Source of the DNA: Candidatus Saccharimonadota bacterium
GTDB taxonomy: Bacteria > Patescibacteriota > Saccharimonadia > Saccharimonadales > 2-12-FULL-41-12
DNA: 64,000 bases
Reading direction: 5' to 3'
Assembly (NCBI GenBank): GCA_022842995.1
Contig: JALHOM010000001.1
Location: 10,444 to 74,443 of the forward strand
Numbering within the stretch: position 1 is the first letter of the stretch; each line of letters opens with the position of its first letter. The notes beneath the pieces were generated by a model. That model did no database searches, had not been told where the DNA came from, and worked only from the letters and a program-made list of their open reading frames with translations. Below are positions 19,879 to 28,705 of the stretch, piece by piece. Made by a program: the position numbers and the translations under genes.

Positions 19879-20399
19879 ATTTGCTCCTTATAAACATAAA
19901 AAACGCCCCGAAAAAAGCTAAAAAAAGCTACCTTTCGACGCGCCTCGGCCCCGCCTTCACTGAAGATTCGACGGATGATCCCATCGGAATTTCAGAGAGT
20001 TCAGAGAGGTTCCACCTTGGCTGATACTCTTGTCGCCTCTGTTATCGTACATCGGCTGACCGCTCAAACGAAGCTCCACGGTTGGTGAGTCCGTATCTCC
20101 ACTTACTGTTAAGTATACCGCTATTCAAACTGAATCTCACTACAAAAACCTAAAAAATGAAAAGATCGCGTCTTCTCGCAATTAGACACGATCGTTTCTG
20201 CAAAACACCCGGCAAAACTTGCCTCGCTACCTATGATAGCAAGGTTAGTACTATAAGGCTAGTATTGATTTGTTGTTTTATGCACATTTACCCCACTACT
20301 TATCCACGTGTGTTTAATGAAACCATTGATACGATTTATACCACATATGGTTATTTAACTAAAAGCTACATTTGTGGTATCTTAATATAGTTCATTTGT

Positions 20400-20476
20400 G
20401 GGCGATTAGCTCATTTGGCTAGAGCGCAGCATTGACGTTGCTGAGGTGATAGGTTCGAATCCTATATCGCCCACCA
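20400..20476 (+). tRNA. tRNA-Val (anticodon GAC)
   Basis: GGGCGAT-TA-GCTC-ATTTGGCTA-GAGC-G-CAGCA-TTGACGT-TGCTG-AGGTG-ATAGG-TTCGAAT-CCTAT-ATCGCCC-A-CCA. Confidence 0.8.
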
Positions 20477-20865
20477 TGATAAGACCTCCTTAAAACTTTT
20501 TAAGAGGTCTTTTTTAATGCCTCACCCCTGTTATATACTGACCTCAAATTGACTTTTTTGCTGTTTTGTGTTAACATAAGCGTGTTAAACAAGGTTTTTG
20601 TGTGAGTAACACCTCAAGCAATGTCTTGGAGGAATTTGCGCTCTTTTACGAAGAGCTCGAGAAATCCGCCAAGCCAGCTTCACGGATCAAGCGTTAAACT
20701 AGAGACTGACGCTTCTCCACCAGGGTAAAACCACTATAATCAACCGTTGCTAACGCGCATTGGAGTCTAGTTCATGGACTCTTTTTTTATGCCAAATTAT
20801 CGGTATCCATAGCGCTTATACACAGAAACCCACAGGCTTATCCACTAGCTTTTTGAACAGCTGTA

Positions 20866-20881
20866 TGTCAATATATTGACA
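20866..20881. promoter_or_regulatory. 16-bp perfect palindrome TGTCAATATATTGACA overlapping the nrdR start codon (NrdR-box-like operator)
   Basis: The core CAATATATTG matches the published NrdR-box core CwAtATaTwG. The palindrome ends on the A of the ATG. Confidence 0.45.
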
Positions 20882-21285
20882 TGGTTTGCATACATTGCGG
20901 TTCAAAAACAAAGACCACTAATTCTCGCCGGGTTGCCCGGCACAACCAAACATGGCGTCGTCGCCAGTGCCTCGTTTGCCAGGCTATATTCACCACCCGG
21001 GAGGCGCTTGACTACGATTCGGCGATCCGCGTAAAATCTGCCGATAAAGCTCTTGAGAGCCTGTCTCGCGACCGTTTGTTCATAGATATATTCCGAAGCC
21101 TCTCGCACAGAAAAACGGCTCTCAGCGACGCCAGTGCCCTCACAGACACAATCTTGAGCGCCCTCATTGCCGATTCAACAAACGGAGTCATCACCACCCA
21201 AGAAATCGTCCACAAATCGACCGAAACGCTACAACGCTTCGATACGGTCTCTGCCACTGTTTATACAGCCCACCACGCGGATTAG
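20881..21285 (+). CDS. nrdR: transcriptional repressor NrdR (zinc ribbon plus divergent ATP-cone)
   Basis: MVCIHCGSK...RRRQCLVCQAIFTTRE compares with E. coli NrdR RRRRQCLVCNERFTTFE. Confidence 0.75.
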   Translation: MVCIHCGSKTKTTNSRRVARHNQTWRRRQCLVCQAIFTTREALDYDSAIRVKSADKALESLSRDRLFIDIFRSLSHRKTALSDASALTDTILSALIADSTNGVITTQEIVHKSTETLQRFDTVSATVYTAHHAD

Positions 21286-21419
21286 AAATTCGAATTCGCT
21301 ATACAGCGAAAAAAATTAGAAATTAGACGATAGATTAAAGATGAAAGTTTATAGATAAATAATAGGTACGCTAGTAGTCTTGAGTCTTGAGCTATGAGGC
21401 AAGAGGCGTGAGTTAAGAG

Positions 21420-22001
21420 TTATGAGGCAAGAGGCGTGAGCTGGGAGCGACGTATTTTTAGCATAATGACGAATGCACCATTCACCAAAACCGAAAAAGC
21501 GGGATATAGCACGGTGACCGCAGTGAAGTTCTCTAATGCCATAATTGCAACAATAAACTTTACCGAAGAAAGCGCGTAGGTGATTGCGGTCTCCTCGAAA
21601 GGTTTATTAAATGCCTTCCTGAACGTAGGGGCAAAACCTGCTACATAGATGACCGTTACCAATATAACAGCGGTCAATGCATCATCTGTTGCAAGCCAAA
21701 ATATCATGGCCAGGAAAGCCATGACCAAGAAAATCCAATCAGATCTCCTAATATCTTTATCGCCCCTGTAAAGCGCTAAGACAAAAATTGCTAAACACAC
21801 AACAGCAGTAAAACCGGTGGCCCATGCGCCCGCCCCACCACCATCTTGCAGCTGAGCTACGAATCCGATCGCAGGAAGGATTCCCCAGACTAGCCAGCTG
21901 AACGCAAGGGGCTTAGTTTTTCCCTTAAAAATGTCGCGAAAATACGGGATATAGCTATACAAAGCAATAGCTACTGCAACAATACCTAAGACCTCTTTCA
22001 T
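21420..22001 (-). CDS. hypothetical polytopic membrane protein
   Basis: 193 aa with 5-6 hydrophobic helices. Confidence 0.45.
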   Translation of the reverse strand: MKEVLGIVAVAIALYSYIPYFRDIFKGKTKPLAFSWLVWGILPAIGFVAQLQDGGGAGAWATGFTAVVCLAIFVLALYRGDKDIRRSDWIFLVMAFLAMIFWLATDDALTAVILVTVIYVAGFAPTFRKAFNKPFEETAITYALSSVKFIVAIMALENFTAVTVLYPAFSVLVNGAFVIMLKIRRSQLTPLAS

Positions 22002-22111
22002 TTATGTCTGATTGTACATCACAAACAGTTGTTAAACTCGAACTAACTGCCTTTGAGCCCCGAGCACCTGGCTTCATTAGAACTTAGAAACAACTATTCT
22101 TAGGTATGATT

Positions 22112-23104
22112 TTATCTGTTGAGGGTTTGGAGAGCTCGGGCTTTAACGTGTTCATACTTTTTTGGTTGATCCGTCTCAACATAAAAATTCATTGCCCCGA
22201 TAGCAGTTACAAGCTGGTAGCAAGCTATTCTTTCGTCAAAATTTCGCCTCAACCCACAGTCTGGCTGATCAGAATAATACTCCTTGAACCATGCTTGGTA
22301 GCCAATCTCAGGATCCCAAAAATCCAACCGAGCAACGTCATATAGCGGGTCGCCATAAGCAGACTGCTCCCAATCAATAACCCCTGAAACTTCTCCGTCG
22401 TGAACCAGTACATTGTCCATACCAAAATCACCATGTAACAATTGGCGTTCTTCTGGGCATTTTGGCATAAGTCCCTCTACTGCTCGTTGCATTCTTAACT
22501 GCAGCGAACCGTCGTAATAAGGAGGCAATACGTCAAGTCTCAAAGATCCTAACGATGAAAGAATGTACTGACGCCAAGATTTATACTGACCCTTTCCATC
22601 TAGGCCCCACTCACCAAATCCCTCATTAAGAGGCTTACAAGCGTGAATTGCGTTGAGAACATTTGCTATTTTTGGGAGGATCGCGATTCTCTGCCCTACA
22701 TCCAGCTTGTCTAAAGTTACACCAGGGACGGCTTTACTGACTGCATAGTAATAACCCGACGCTAATGTGCCTGTGTGTAAAACGCGCGGTATTGGCAAAG
22801 TCGGACCAACAAACTCTGTCGCAGCAAGCCCGTCTTTCAAAAACCCTTTTTCCGCATGAGCGTTAACCCTCAAAACATGCGGTCCATCAGAGGTTTTAAA
22901 TCTAAACGCCTGTGAACTCTCGCCGCCTTTTATGGCCTGAACTTCTGGATAAGGCAGCTCGTAGTAATCGAGCAAAAATTGTCTGGCTTGTGCCTCGCTA
23001 AACGATGTTTTATGTAGCGATACTGACTTTTCATGCCCTTCTTTTGTCGTCATACACTCAATTCTAGCGCCATCCTGACATAAACCCCAAAGCAAATAAT
23101 CCAC
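22112..23104 (-). CDS. aminoglycoside phosphotransferase (APH)-family protein kinase-like enzyme
   Basis: Catalytic loop HGDFGMDNVLV and metal-binding GVIDWEQSAYGDPLYDVA. Confidence 0.7.
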   Translation of the reverse strand: MDYLLWGLCQDGARIECMTTKEGHEKSVSLHKTSFSEAQARQFLLDYYELPYPEVQAIKGGESSQAFRFKTSDGPHVLRVNAHAEKGFLKDGLAATEFVGPTLPIPRVLHTGTLASGYYYAVSKAVPGVTLDKLDVGQRIAILPKIANVLNAIHACKPLNEGFGEWGLDGKGQYKSWRQYILSSLGSLRLDVLPPYYDGSLQLRMQRAVEGLMPKCPEERQLLHGDFGMDNVLVHDGEVSGVIDWEQSAYGDPLYDVARLDFWDPEIGYQAWFKEYYSDQPDCGLRRNFDERIACYQLVTAIGAMNFYVETDQPKKYEHVKARALQTLNR

Positions 23105-23407
23105 ACGTATCCAGCTTTGAAAAAACTGATTTAAAAATTATTAGAGACTAGTTCCCGATTCGAGGACTGTCTGAAGCCGCCAGCTGCCGGAGATTTCCCC
23201 GTAATCATTTTATCTCTAGAAAAAATAAGTTCTATTTAAATTTCGTAAACAACCCCAAATACGCCAACTAACCACAGACGCGGAAGCTGCAGTTTGAGTG
23301 CAGTTTCGGATGAAAAACGAGCACATAAATTGAGCCGTACCTACCGTACGGTGAGATTTATTGTCGCAGTTTTTAACCGAAAATGTGCCAAATTCCAGGC
23401 TTTCGTA

Positions 23408-24988
23408 CTACTTTTTGACGGCTTTTTCCGTAACATCAAACTTATCCAAATACTTCCCAAAAAGTAATCGAGTCTGTGAGTTCAAAGCTGCCATAGAGTT
23501 ATACAAAATTGTAGTTACTGGCAATAGGACCCACTGAAGCGCCATAAAAACGCCGTGACGCTTCTTGTACCTCTCAGGCTTGGGTGGCAAGGACTTGAAG
23601 CTGAGATACATCGTCACCACCAAACCCACCATGGCAATCCGTTGTATGGTGCTAATAACCGACGGTAGTTGATTGGATGCAATATCGTCTGGGTTGAATA
23701 ATATCGGAACAAAGCCAGCAAACGCCAAAATCAGCGGAGCAGTTGCCCAGCTAAGATGACTCTCCATTAACCGCAACAGCTTAGCCAGTTTATCGAAGGT
23801 CGGAATATTGTTCGGCGTATTAAAGGCCTTGGTCCACACGTAGGCGATGTCCGAAGCACCCCAAGCCCAGCGACGTATCTGGATAAATTGCGCCTTCAAG
23901 GTCCGCCGATAGCCCTCAGCTAATACGGCATCCTGATAAATCGGCACATAGATCGGGTAAACCTCGTGTCGACCATCGTAACGAAAATACGTCCGCCAGA
24001 ATTGGTGACCATCCTCCACGATAGTGCGCGCGCTCCAGTAATTGGTATCGATCAACGCGGCCATACTTTGAGCGTGAGAAGAGAAATTACGCATCATGTG
24101 CTGGCGCAAGCTGAGCGTGATATTCCAAAACGAGTTACCAGTCGCGATGACGCGCATCAGTGCCGGCGCATCCCAGATGTTATTGGTATAGATCGGAATT
24201 GGCTGGAAAGAAACATATTTTGGCTCTGGCACAAGACAAAAAACATAGGTCAGTGCCGCGATATAAAATTTATGCGGTCGGTTATCTGAATCCAAAGTTG
24301 TGACCTGCACGTTGATCGGGTCAATCTTCCACTTCTTGAGCTTCTTTTCTAAGATACGGGCAGCATAGCTGATATTGCCGCCTTTGCCACGCACTTCATT
24401 CGGTGTAACCGGGTGCTTGATCGCCTCGGCATGCATAAATTTCTTGCCATATTTTTTTACCAGTTCTAAGCAAGCTGCTTCAGATCGGGCGCCGTCGCGC
24501 TCTTCGTAGGCAAAAGCCAAAATAACCTTTTTCATGTCGTATTCAGACGCCAAAACAGATTGGACCGTCGGCTCCAAGATATCCAGACCCTCGTTATAGG
24601 CCGCGATCAGCATGATATGCACTGCTTCAGACGGCTTGACCTTTGCGGGATATTTTTTGAGTCTCTCTATATTACGAATATGCCAATCTGGTGCATTTTT
24701 GGTCTTTACTTCCCCGCTCTCGATATCTTTTAACAGATCAGTCCACGGCGCTTTTTCGTGGCGTTTCATGCTGGCGTAACCCTGCAAAACCCGCACGTTA
24801 AGTGCGATAGTGCGAATGAACCATAGCAAAATAAAAGCTACGATAAAAAATACCGCCACCAATGGACTAAGCAGAGCTAAAACGAATGGCAAGGCCAACA
24901 TTGACCAACTCAAAATTGCCGGTAATTTCTCGAAAAACTTATAAGAAGCGGTTTTCTCGTGCTGAAGAGGAATTTCGATGTTTTTCAT
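23408..24988 (-). CDS. processive family-2 glycosyltransferase (cellulose/chitin/hyaluronan synthase-like), membrane-embedded
   Basis: LDSDN motif, a QxxRW-type motif (QIRRWAWG), and N- and C-terminal TM helices. Confidence 0.7.
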   Translation of the reverse strand: MKNIEIPLQHEKTASYKFFEKLPAILSWSMLALPFVLALLSPLVAVFFIVAFILLWFIRTIALNVRVLQGYASMKRHEKAPWTDLLKDIESGEVKTKNAPDWHIRNIERLKKYPAKVKPSEAVHIMLIAAYNEGLDILEPTVQSVLASEYDMKKVILAFAYEERDGARSEAACLELVKKYGKKFMHAEAIKHPVTPNEVRGKGGNISYAARILEKKLKKWKIDPINVQVTTLDSDNRPHKFYIAALTYVFCLVPEPKYVSFQPIPIYTNNIWDAPALMRVIATGNSFWNITLSLRQHMMRNFSSHAQSMAALIDTNYWSARTIVEDGHQFWRTYFRYDGRHEVYPIYVPIYQDAVLAEGYRRTLKAQFIQIRRWAWGASDIAYVWTKAFNTPNNIPTFDKLAKLLRLMESHLSWATAPLILAFAGFVPILFNPDDIASNQLPSVISTIQRIAMVGLVVTMYLSFKSLPPKPERYKKRHGVFMALQWVLLPVTTILYNSMAALNSQTRLLFGKYLDKFDVTEKAVKK

Positions 24989-24994
24989 GCCAAT

Positions 24995-25345
24995 TTAGCG
25001 CAAACTGAGCAGCGCATTAGCGACAATTAAATTGATGGTCAACAGCAGAAAAGTCATAGCTAGGACCACATGAGACGAAACTTTACGGATTTTATGGAAT
25101 TGCAACGCCATAAAAATATGGACCACAAATAGCCCCGCGGCAAAAAGTACAAAGGCCACCAGCTCACTAGCCCCGCCAACAGATACAGACCCGAGGCCCA
25201 AATTCGACCGAAACGATTGAATATACCGTCCATCGCCACCGAGTCGAAACAGCACACTGACCACTGTCACCAAAGTTAAAAACCCGTTAACAGTCAACAG
25301 AAATAAAACTAATCGATCATGAAAAAACGCTTTTGTGTTCGTCAT
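24995..25345 (-). CDS. small 4-TM membrane protein immediately upstream of the GT2 gene
   Basis: 116-aa ORF with four hydrophobic segments and a 6-bp gap to the GT2 gene. Confidence 0.45.
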   Translation of the reverse strand: MTNTKAFFHDRLVLFLLTVNGFLTLVTVVSVLFRLGGDGRYIQSFRSNLGLGSVSVGGASELVAFVLFAAGLFVVHIFMALQFHKIRKVSSHVVLAMTFLLLTINLIVANALLSLR

Positions 25346-25569
25346 TCTGTTATTAGTTTAAAGTGAAAAGCCAAAAGAATAAAGCATGAGCCCTGAAAAT
25401 GAATGCTTTGGGGTTGAGTAGTTTGTATGAGCGAGTCGAAAGACGATAAATAAACTACGGTTCTTCGACAAGCTCAGAATCATTCGACTCTAATATTGAT
25501 TTAACCTCATCGGCCGACACCCTGTTCGAGGTCGAATGGTTTACCATGAGCGAGTCCAAAGACGAGTCG

Positions 25570-25644
25570 AATGGTGCGGGTAGAGAGAGTCGAACTCTCG
25601 TCTCATCCTTGGGAAGGATACATAATAGCCGTTATACGATACCC
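25570..25644 (-). tRNA. tRNA-Gly(CCC)-like gene with a non-canonical D-arm (possibly a pseudo- or atypical tRNA)
   Basis: Minus strand: acceptor GCGGGTA / TACCCGC, anticodon arm TATCC-TTCCCAA-GGATG, T-arm GAGAG-TTCGACT-CTCTC, then A-CCA. The D-arm region cannot be folded canonically. Confidence 0.45.
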
Positions 25645-25656
25645 GCGGGATAAAAA

Positions 25657-25732
25657 TGGAGCCGAAGATGGGACTCGAACCCACGACCTGCTCGTTACGA
25701 ATGAGCTGCTCTACCAACTGAGCCACTTCGGC
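25657..25732 (-). tRNA. tRNA-Thr (anticodon CGU) candidate
   Basis: Minus strand: GCCGAAG-TG-GCTC-AGTTGGTA-GAGC-A-GCTCA-TTCGTAA-CGAGC-AGGTC-GTGGG-TTCGAGT-CCCAT-CTTCGGC-T-CCA. There is an A-C mismatch at the base of the anticodon stem. Confidence 0.6.
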
Positions 25733-25883
25733 GTGCTTTTATCTGCGATAAAATTTATTATAACAAACAAACATCCCTTGAGTTTTACTTCTTAATTTGT
25801 TATGATCACATCTGTCGATCAAGATACGTTAGTATGTGTTACTAAGTCCAAACAGCCACATACCAGCAGCTCTTGGTCACCAT

Positions 25884-25959
25884 GGGCTCGTGGTGTAGAG
25901 GCCTAACATGCCTCCCTGTCACGGAGGAGATCGCCGGTTCGAATCCGGTCGGGCCCGCC
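25884..25959 (+). tRNA. tRNA-Asp (anticodon GUC)
   Basis: Acceptor GGGCTCG / CGGGCCC (one G-U), anticodon arm CCTCC-CTGTCAC-GGAGG, T-arm GCCGG-TTCGAAT-CCGGT, then G-CCA. Confidence 0.8.
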
Positions 25960-25962
25960 AAG

Positions 25963-25996
25963 AAAAGACCGTCACTTTCAAGTGGCGGTTTTTTCT
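25963..25996 (+). terminator. terminator downstream of tRNA-Asp
   Basis: Hairpin AAGACCGTCAC / GTGGCGGTTTT followed by TTTTTTCTT. Confidence 0.5.
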
Positions 25997-26389
25997 TGGG
26001 CAGACTTGTCTGCGATTCTAACCGCTCGAAGAGTTGGTTCGGTCATCCAGGCTACGCACAGAAGCTTGCTTCGAGCATGGCTGCAGATGTGCACTAGTCG
26101 GTCGGGCTAACTTTTCGAAATTCAAACATTTTCTATCCGAGTACCGCAGGAAAGATGAAAATCACCTACAAAGGTGGTTCTTCATTTTGATGGGTGCACC
26201 AATAAACGGTCTTGCTCCTAGCCTATCCAGCCTCAACATGAACTAAACTAACCAAACATTATATGTTTGCGTTACATATTCCGCTCACGGCCTTTGCAGC
26301 ATAGACACCGAAATCTGTAGTTCTATTCCAAGGTGTATACGTACACTAAAGATAGCATTACAAGGCTAAATATTATATAATTAGGAATA

Positions 26390-26986
26390 ATGAGCTACCT
26401 TGAAGGTATTGTTCCACCACAAATCCCCGCTAAAATACCGGGACTCGAAGCGGTTATCAGCCATATAGGACCGCAGGTAGTGGCCGAAGTGATTGGGTCA
26501 AATCCTGACACCGATGTCGCGGGCCTAGCCCACGATATTTCGCAAATTGAGGGGTGGACTATGGTTGGGGGCGAATCACCAGCAAGGTGCGGAACTTCAT
26601 ATGAATTGATAGAGCAGCTAGGAGGCGACGTACTGCGAATAGCAATGGGTGTCCCCAAGCATACGACAACCGATCAATTACGCCTTGGGATTCAAGAATT
26701 ACATAGACGCGACACAGTTAGACGATTAGGCCTACCCCCTAACGCCACCAAAGAAGAAATTACTGCAGAGATCGACAGGCTTCATCGTCTTGAAAAAATC
26801 GAACGTCTAGGACTGCCTGCTAATGCTTCGACAGAGGAGTTAAGAGCTGCATTGGACAAAGAACGGCAAGAAGATATAGAGCGTGAAGCTGCCCGCCAAG
26901 ATGCCTACACTCCAATCCCCACACCTTCAGGCAAACGCCGCGATGGAGAGACCTGGGAACAGTGGGCGCAACGCCATATTTTTTAA
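26390..26986 (+). CDS. hypothetical protein with an internal tandem repeat (RLGLPPNATKEEI / RLGLPANASTEEL)
   Basis: 198-aa ORF with no recognisable catalytic motif. Confidence 0.4.
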   Translation: MSYLEGIVPPQIPAKIPGLEAVISHIGPQVVAEVIGSNPDTDVAGLAHDISQIEGWTMVGGESPARCGTSYELIEQLGGDVLRIAMGVPKHTTTDQLRLGIQELHRRDTVRRLGLPPNATKEEITAEIDRLHRLEKIERLGLPANASTEELRAALDKERQEDIEREAARQDAYTPIPTPSGKRRDGETWEQWAQRHIF

Positions 26987-27107
26987 GGAATAAATCAATC
27001 TCATGAAAAGTATCGGATAGTAACCCGACATTAATGAAACCGCAAAACATGTTGCTGCCGAGCTTAAGCCGACTTTCGACCTTTTACTGGCGCCAATCTT
27101 TGAAGAA

Positions 27108-27929
27108 TTGGACCAACTGCCAAGGCAGGATTTATATAGCCCTACCGACATTATCCGACTGCTGAGTAGCGCTAAGCCACGTCTCGTGAAACTATATCCC
27201 GAATTAGCCGATTGGAAGTTCATTGTCGAAACGGCTAGCGACAAACGGACCCAGGCCTTTGAAAGTGACGGCAAGACAAAAACCGTTAGAGTTGGTGCCG
27301 ACAACCGTGGCCGGCCATACGATAAAACCAAAGGCAAAATCGCTCACGAATTAACACATACCCTCCGTTCAGTATTTGGTGCGGTATTAAACGACGATTT
27401 GAGCTACGACGGCTACCCTGGATTTCTGCAAGCCGAGGAAGGACTGGCCTGTTTAGCGCAACTAGCCTACGACGGAGAGATCCCGGCCATCAGGACAGAA
27501 CGTTACCTTGATTATGCACTAGCACTTCAGGTCGTCGGAGATCACGCCTTAAGCCGAGCAGAAATAACAGAATTGTTCAGAAATAGAAAATATATCGAAG
27601 GCTTTATATCCGGAAAACCGCCCAAAGAGGCAGACCTCGACCGGCAAGCAACAAAATATGCTCACCGGATGTTCAAGGGCACCCGTGGCGAAAGTTACGC
27701 CGACGGTCAACACCCCGCGGTAAATACTCAGGACCTGGCCTACTCGCTCGGTTTTGTGCGCGCCACTCAGGAAATTAATAAACGTTTGCAGAACGGCAAA
27801 AAAACGCCGCACGAAATTATTTTATCTCTGTTATATGGCGGTAAATACGACTTCACCGACGAAGATCATACCAAGAGGTTCCACGGCGTTATTAAAAATG
27901 CTTTTGACCCGAACAAAGAAGAAGATTGA
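27108..27929 (+). CDS. hypothetical protein with an HExxH motif (putative zinc metallopeptidase-like fold)
   Basis: KIAHELTHTLRSVFG is the only HExxH in the protein. No signal peptide. Confidence 0.4.
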   Translation: MDQLPRQDLYSPTDIIRLLSSAKPRLVKLYPELADWKFIVETASDKRTQAFESDGKTKTVRVGADNRGRPYDKTKGKIAHELTHTLRSVFGAVLNDDLSYDGYPGFLQAEEGLACLAQLAYDGEIPAIRTERYLDYALALQVVGDHALSRAEITELFRNRKYIEGFISGKPPKEADLDRQATKYAHRMFKGTRGESYADGQHPAVNTQDLAYSLGFVRATQEINKRLQNGKKTPHEIILSLLYGGKYDFTDEDHTKRFHGVIKNAFDPNKEED

Positions 27930-27986
27930 TTTTTACGCCTACTAGGTAGACAATTAAGCCATAAGGTTAAATCAAGGAGTAACACT

Positions 27987-28682
27987 ATGGCTAAATCAGC
28001 CGATAGCGCACAAGCACCACGAGAAGTGACCGGTGCATTTGGATTATTTTCTAAGAGCTGGAATATTGTTAAGTCAAATTTGAGCGTCTTTATTATTCTG
28101 GCGCTGGCGAGTTTTGCATCTACATTTTACGATGGATTTATTGCCGATCAACCTGAAAATATTGATTCTACTAGTTTCGCTGCCATTTTTGAAGGAATGG
28201 TTCAAAGCCAAGATGGACTCAGCATAATCTTGGCACTTATCGCTACCTTGTTAATTGTTCCTCAGACGATTCTGTTTCTTAAAAGTGCCCAGGGTAAAAA
28301 ACCAACTCTGAGCGAATTAGCTACCTTAACTTCTACAAAGCTCTTCCCACTGATTGGTCTGTACCTTCTGCTGATGCTCATTATTGTTGCAGGCTTAATT
28401 GTGTTTATTGTTCCTGGTATCATCTTTATCGCATGGTTCATCCTCGCGCCATACATCATGGTCGACAAGAATACCGGCATTATTGATTCATTAAAACAAA
28501 GCAAAGAACTTAGCAAAGGATATTTCGGAGCTATATGGTCAGTATTGCTCGTTACCTTGCTCTTTGCACTACCAGCGGCGATCGGTTCAATCGGCGTTTT
28601 GACATCTATAGTGCTTACTTTTATGTACTCAGTTGCTCTGGCTATCAGATATACCGAGATAAAGAAGATCAAGAAAGCCTAG
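27987..28682 (+). CDS. polytopic membrane protein (about 6 TM, DUF975-like topology)
   Basis: Strong SD AAGGAG 8 nt upstream. Multiple hydrophobic helices and a basic C-terminus (IKKIKKA). Confidence 0.5.
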   Translation: MAKSADSAQAPREVTGAFGLFSKSWNIVKSNLSVFIILALASFASTFYDGFIADQPENIDSTSFAAIFEGMVQSQDGLSIILALIATLLIVPQTILFLKSAQGKKPTLSELATLTSTKLFPLIGLYLLLMLIIVAGLIVFIVPGIIFIAWFILAPYIMVDKNTGIIDSLKQSKELSKGYFGAIWSVLLVTLLFALPAAIGSIGVLTSIVLTFMYSVALAIRYTEIKKIKKA

Positions 28683-28705
28683 GTTCAAATTAGTACAGCC
28701 GGCGC

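Noticed and set aside
20157-20390. ORF 20157-20390 (77 aa) upstream of tRNA-Val
   Set aside because: It lies inside the thrS leader and tRNA promoter region, has no homology signal and is Cys/Tyr/Ile-rich. Probably non-coding.
25541-26097. Small ORFs 25541-25726, 25571-25795 and 25873-26097
   Set aside because: They coincide with three tRNA genes and their flanks.
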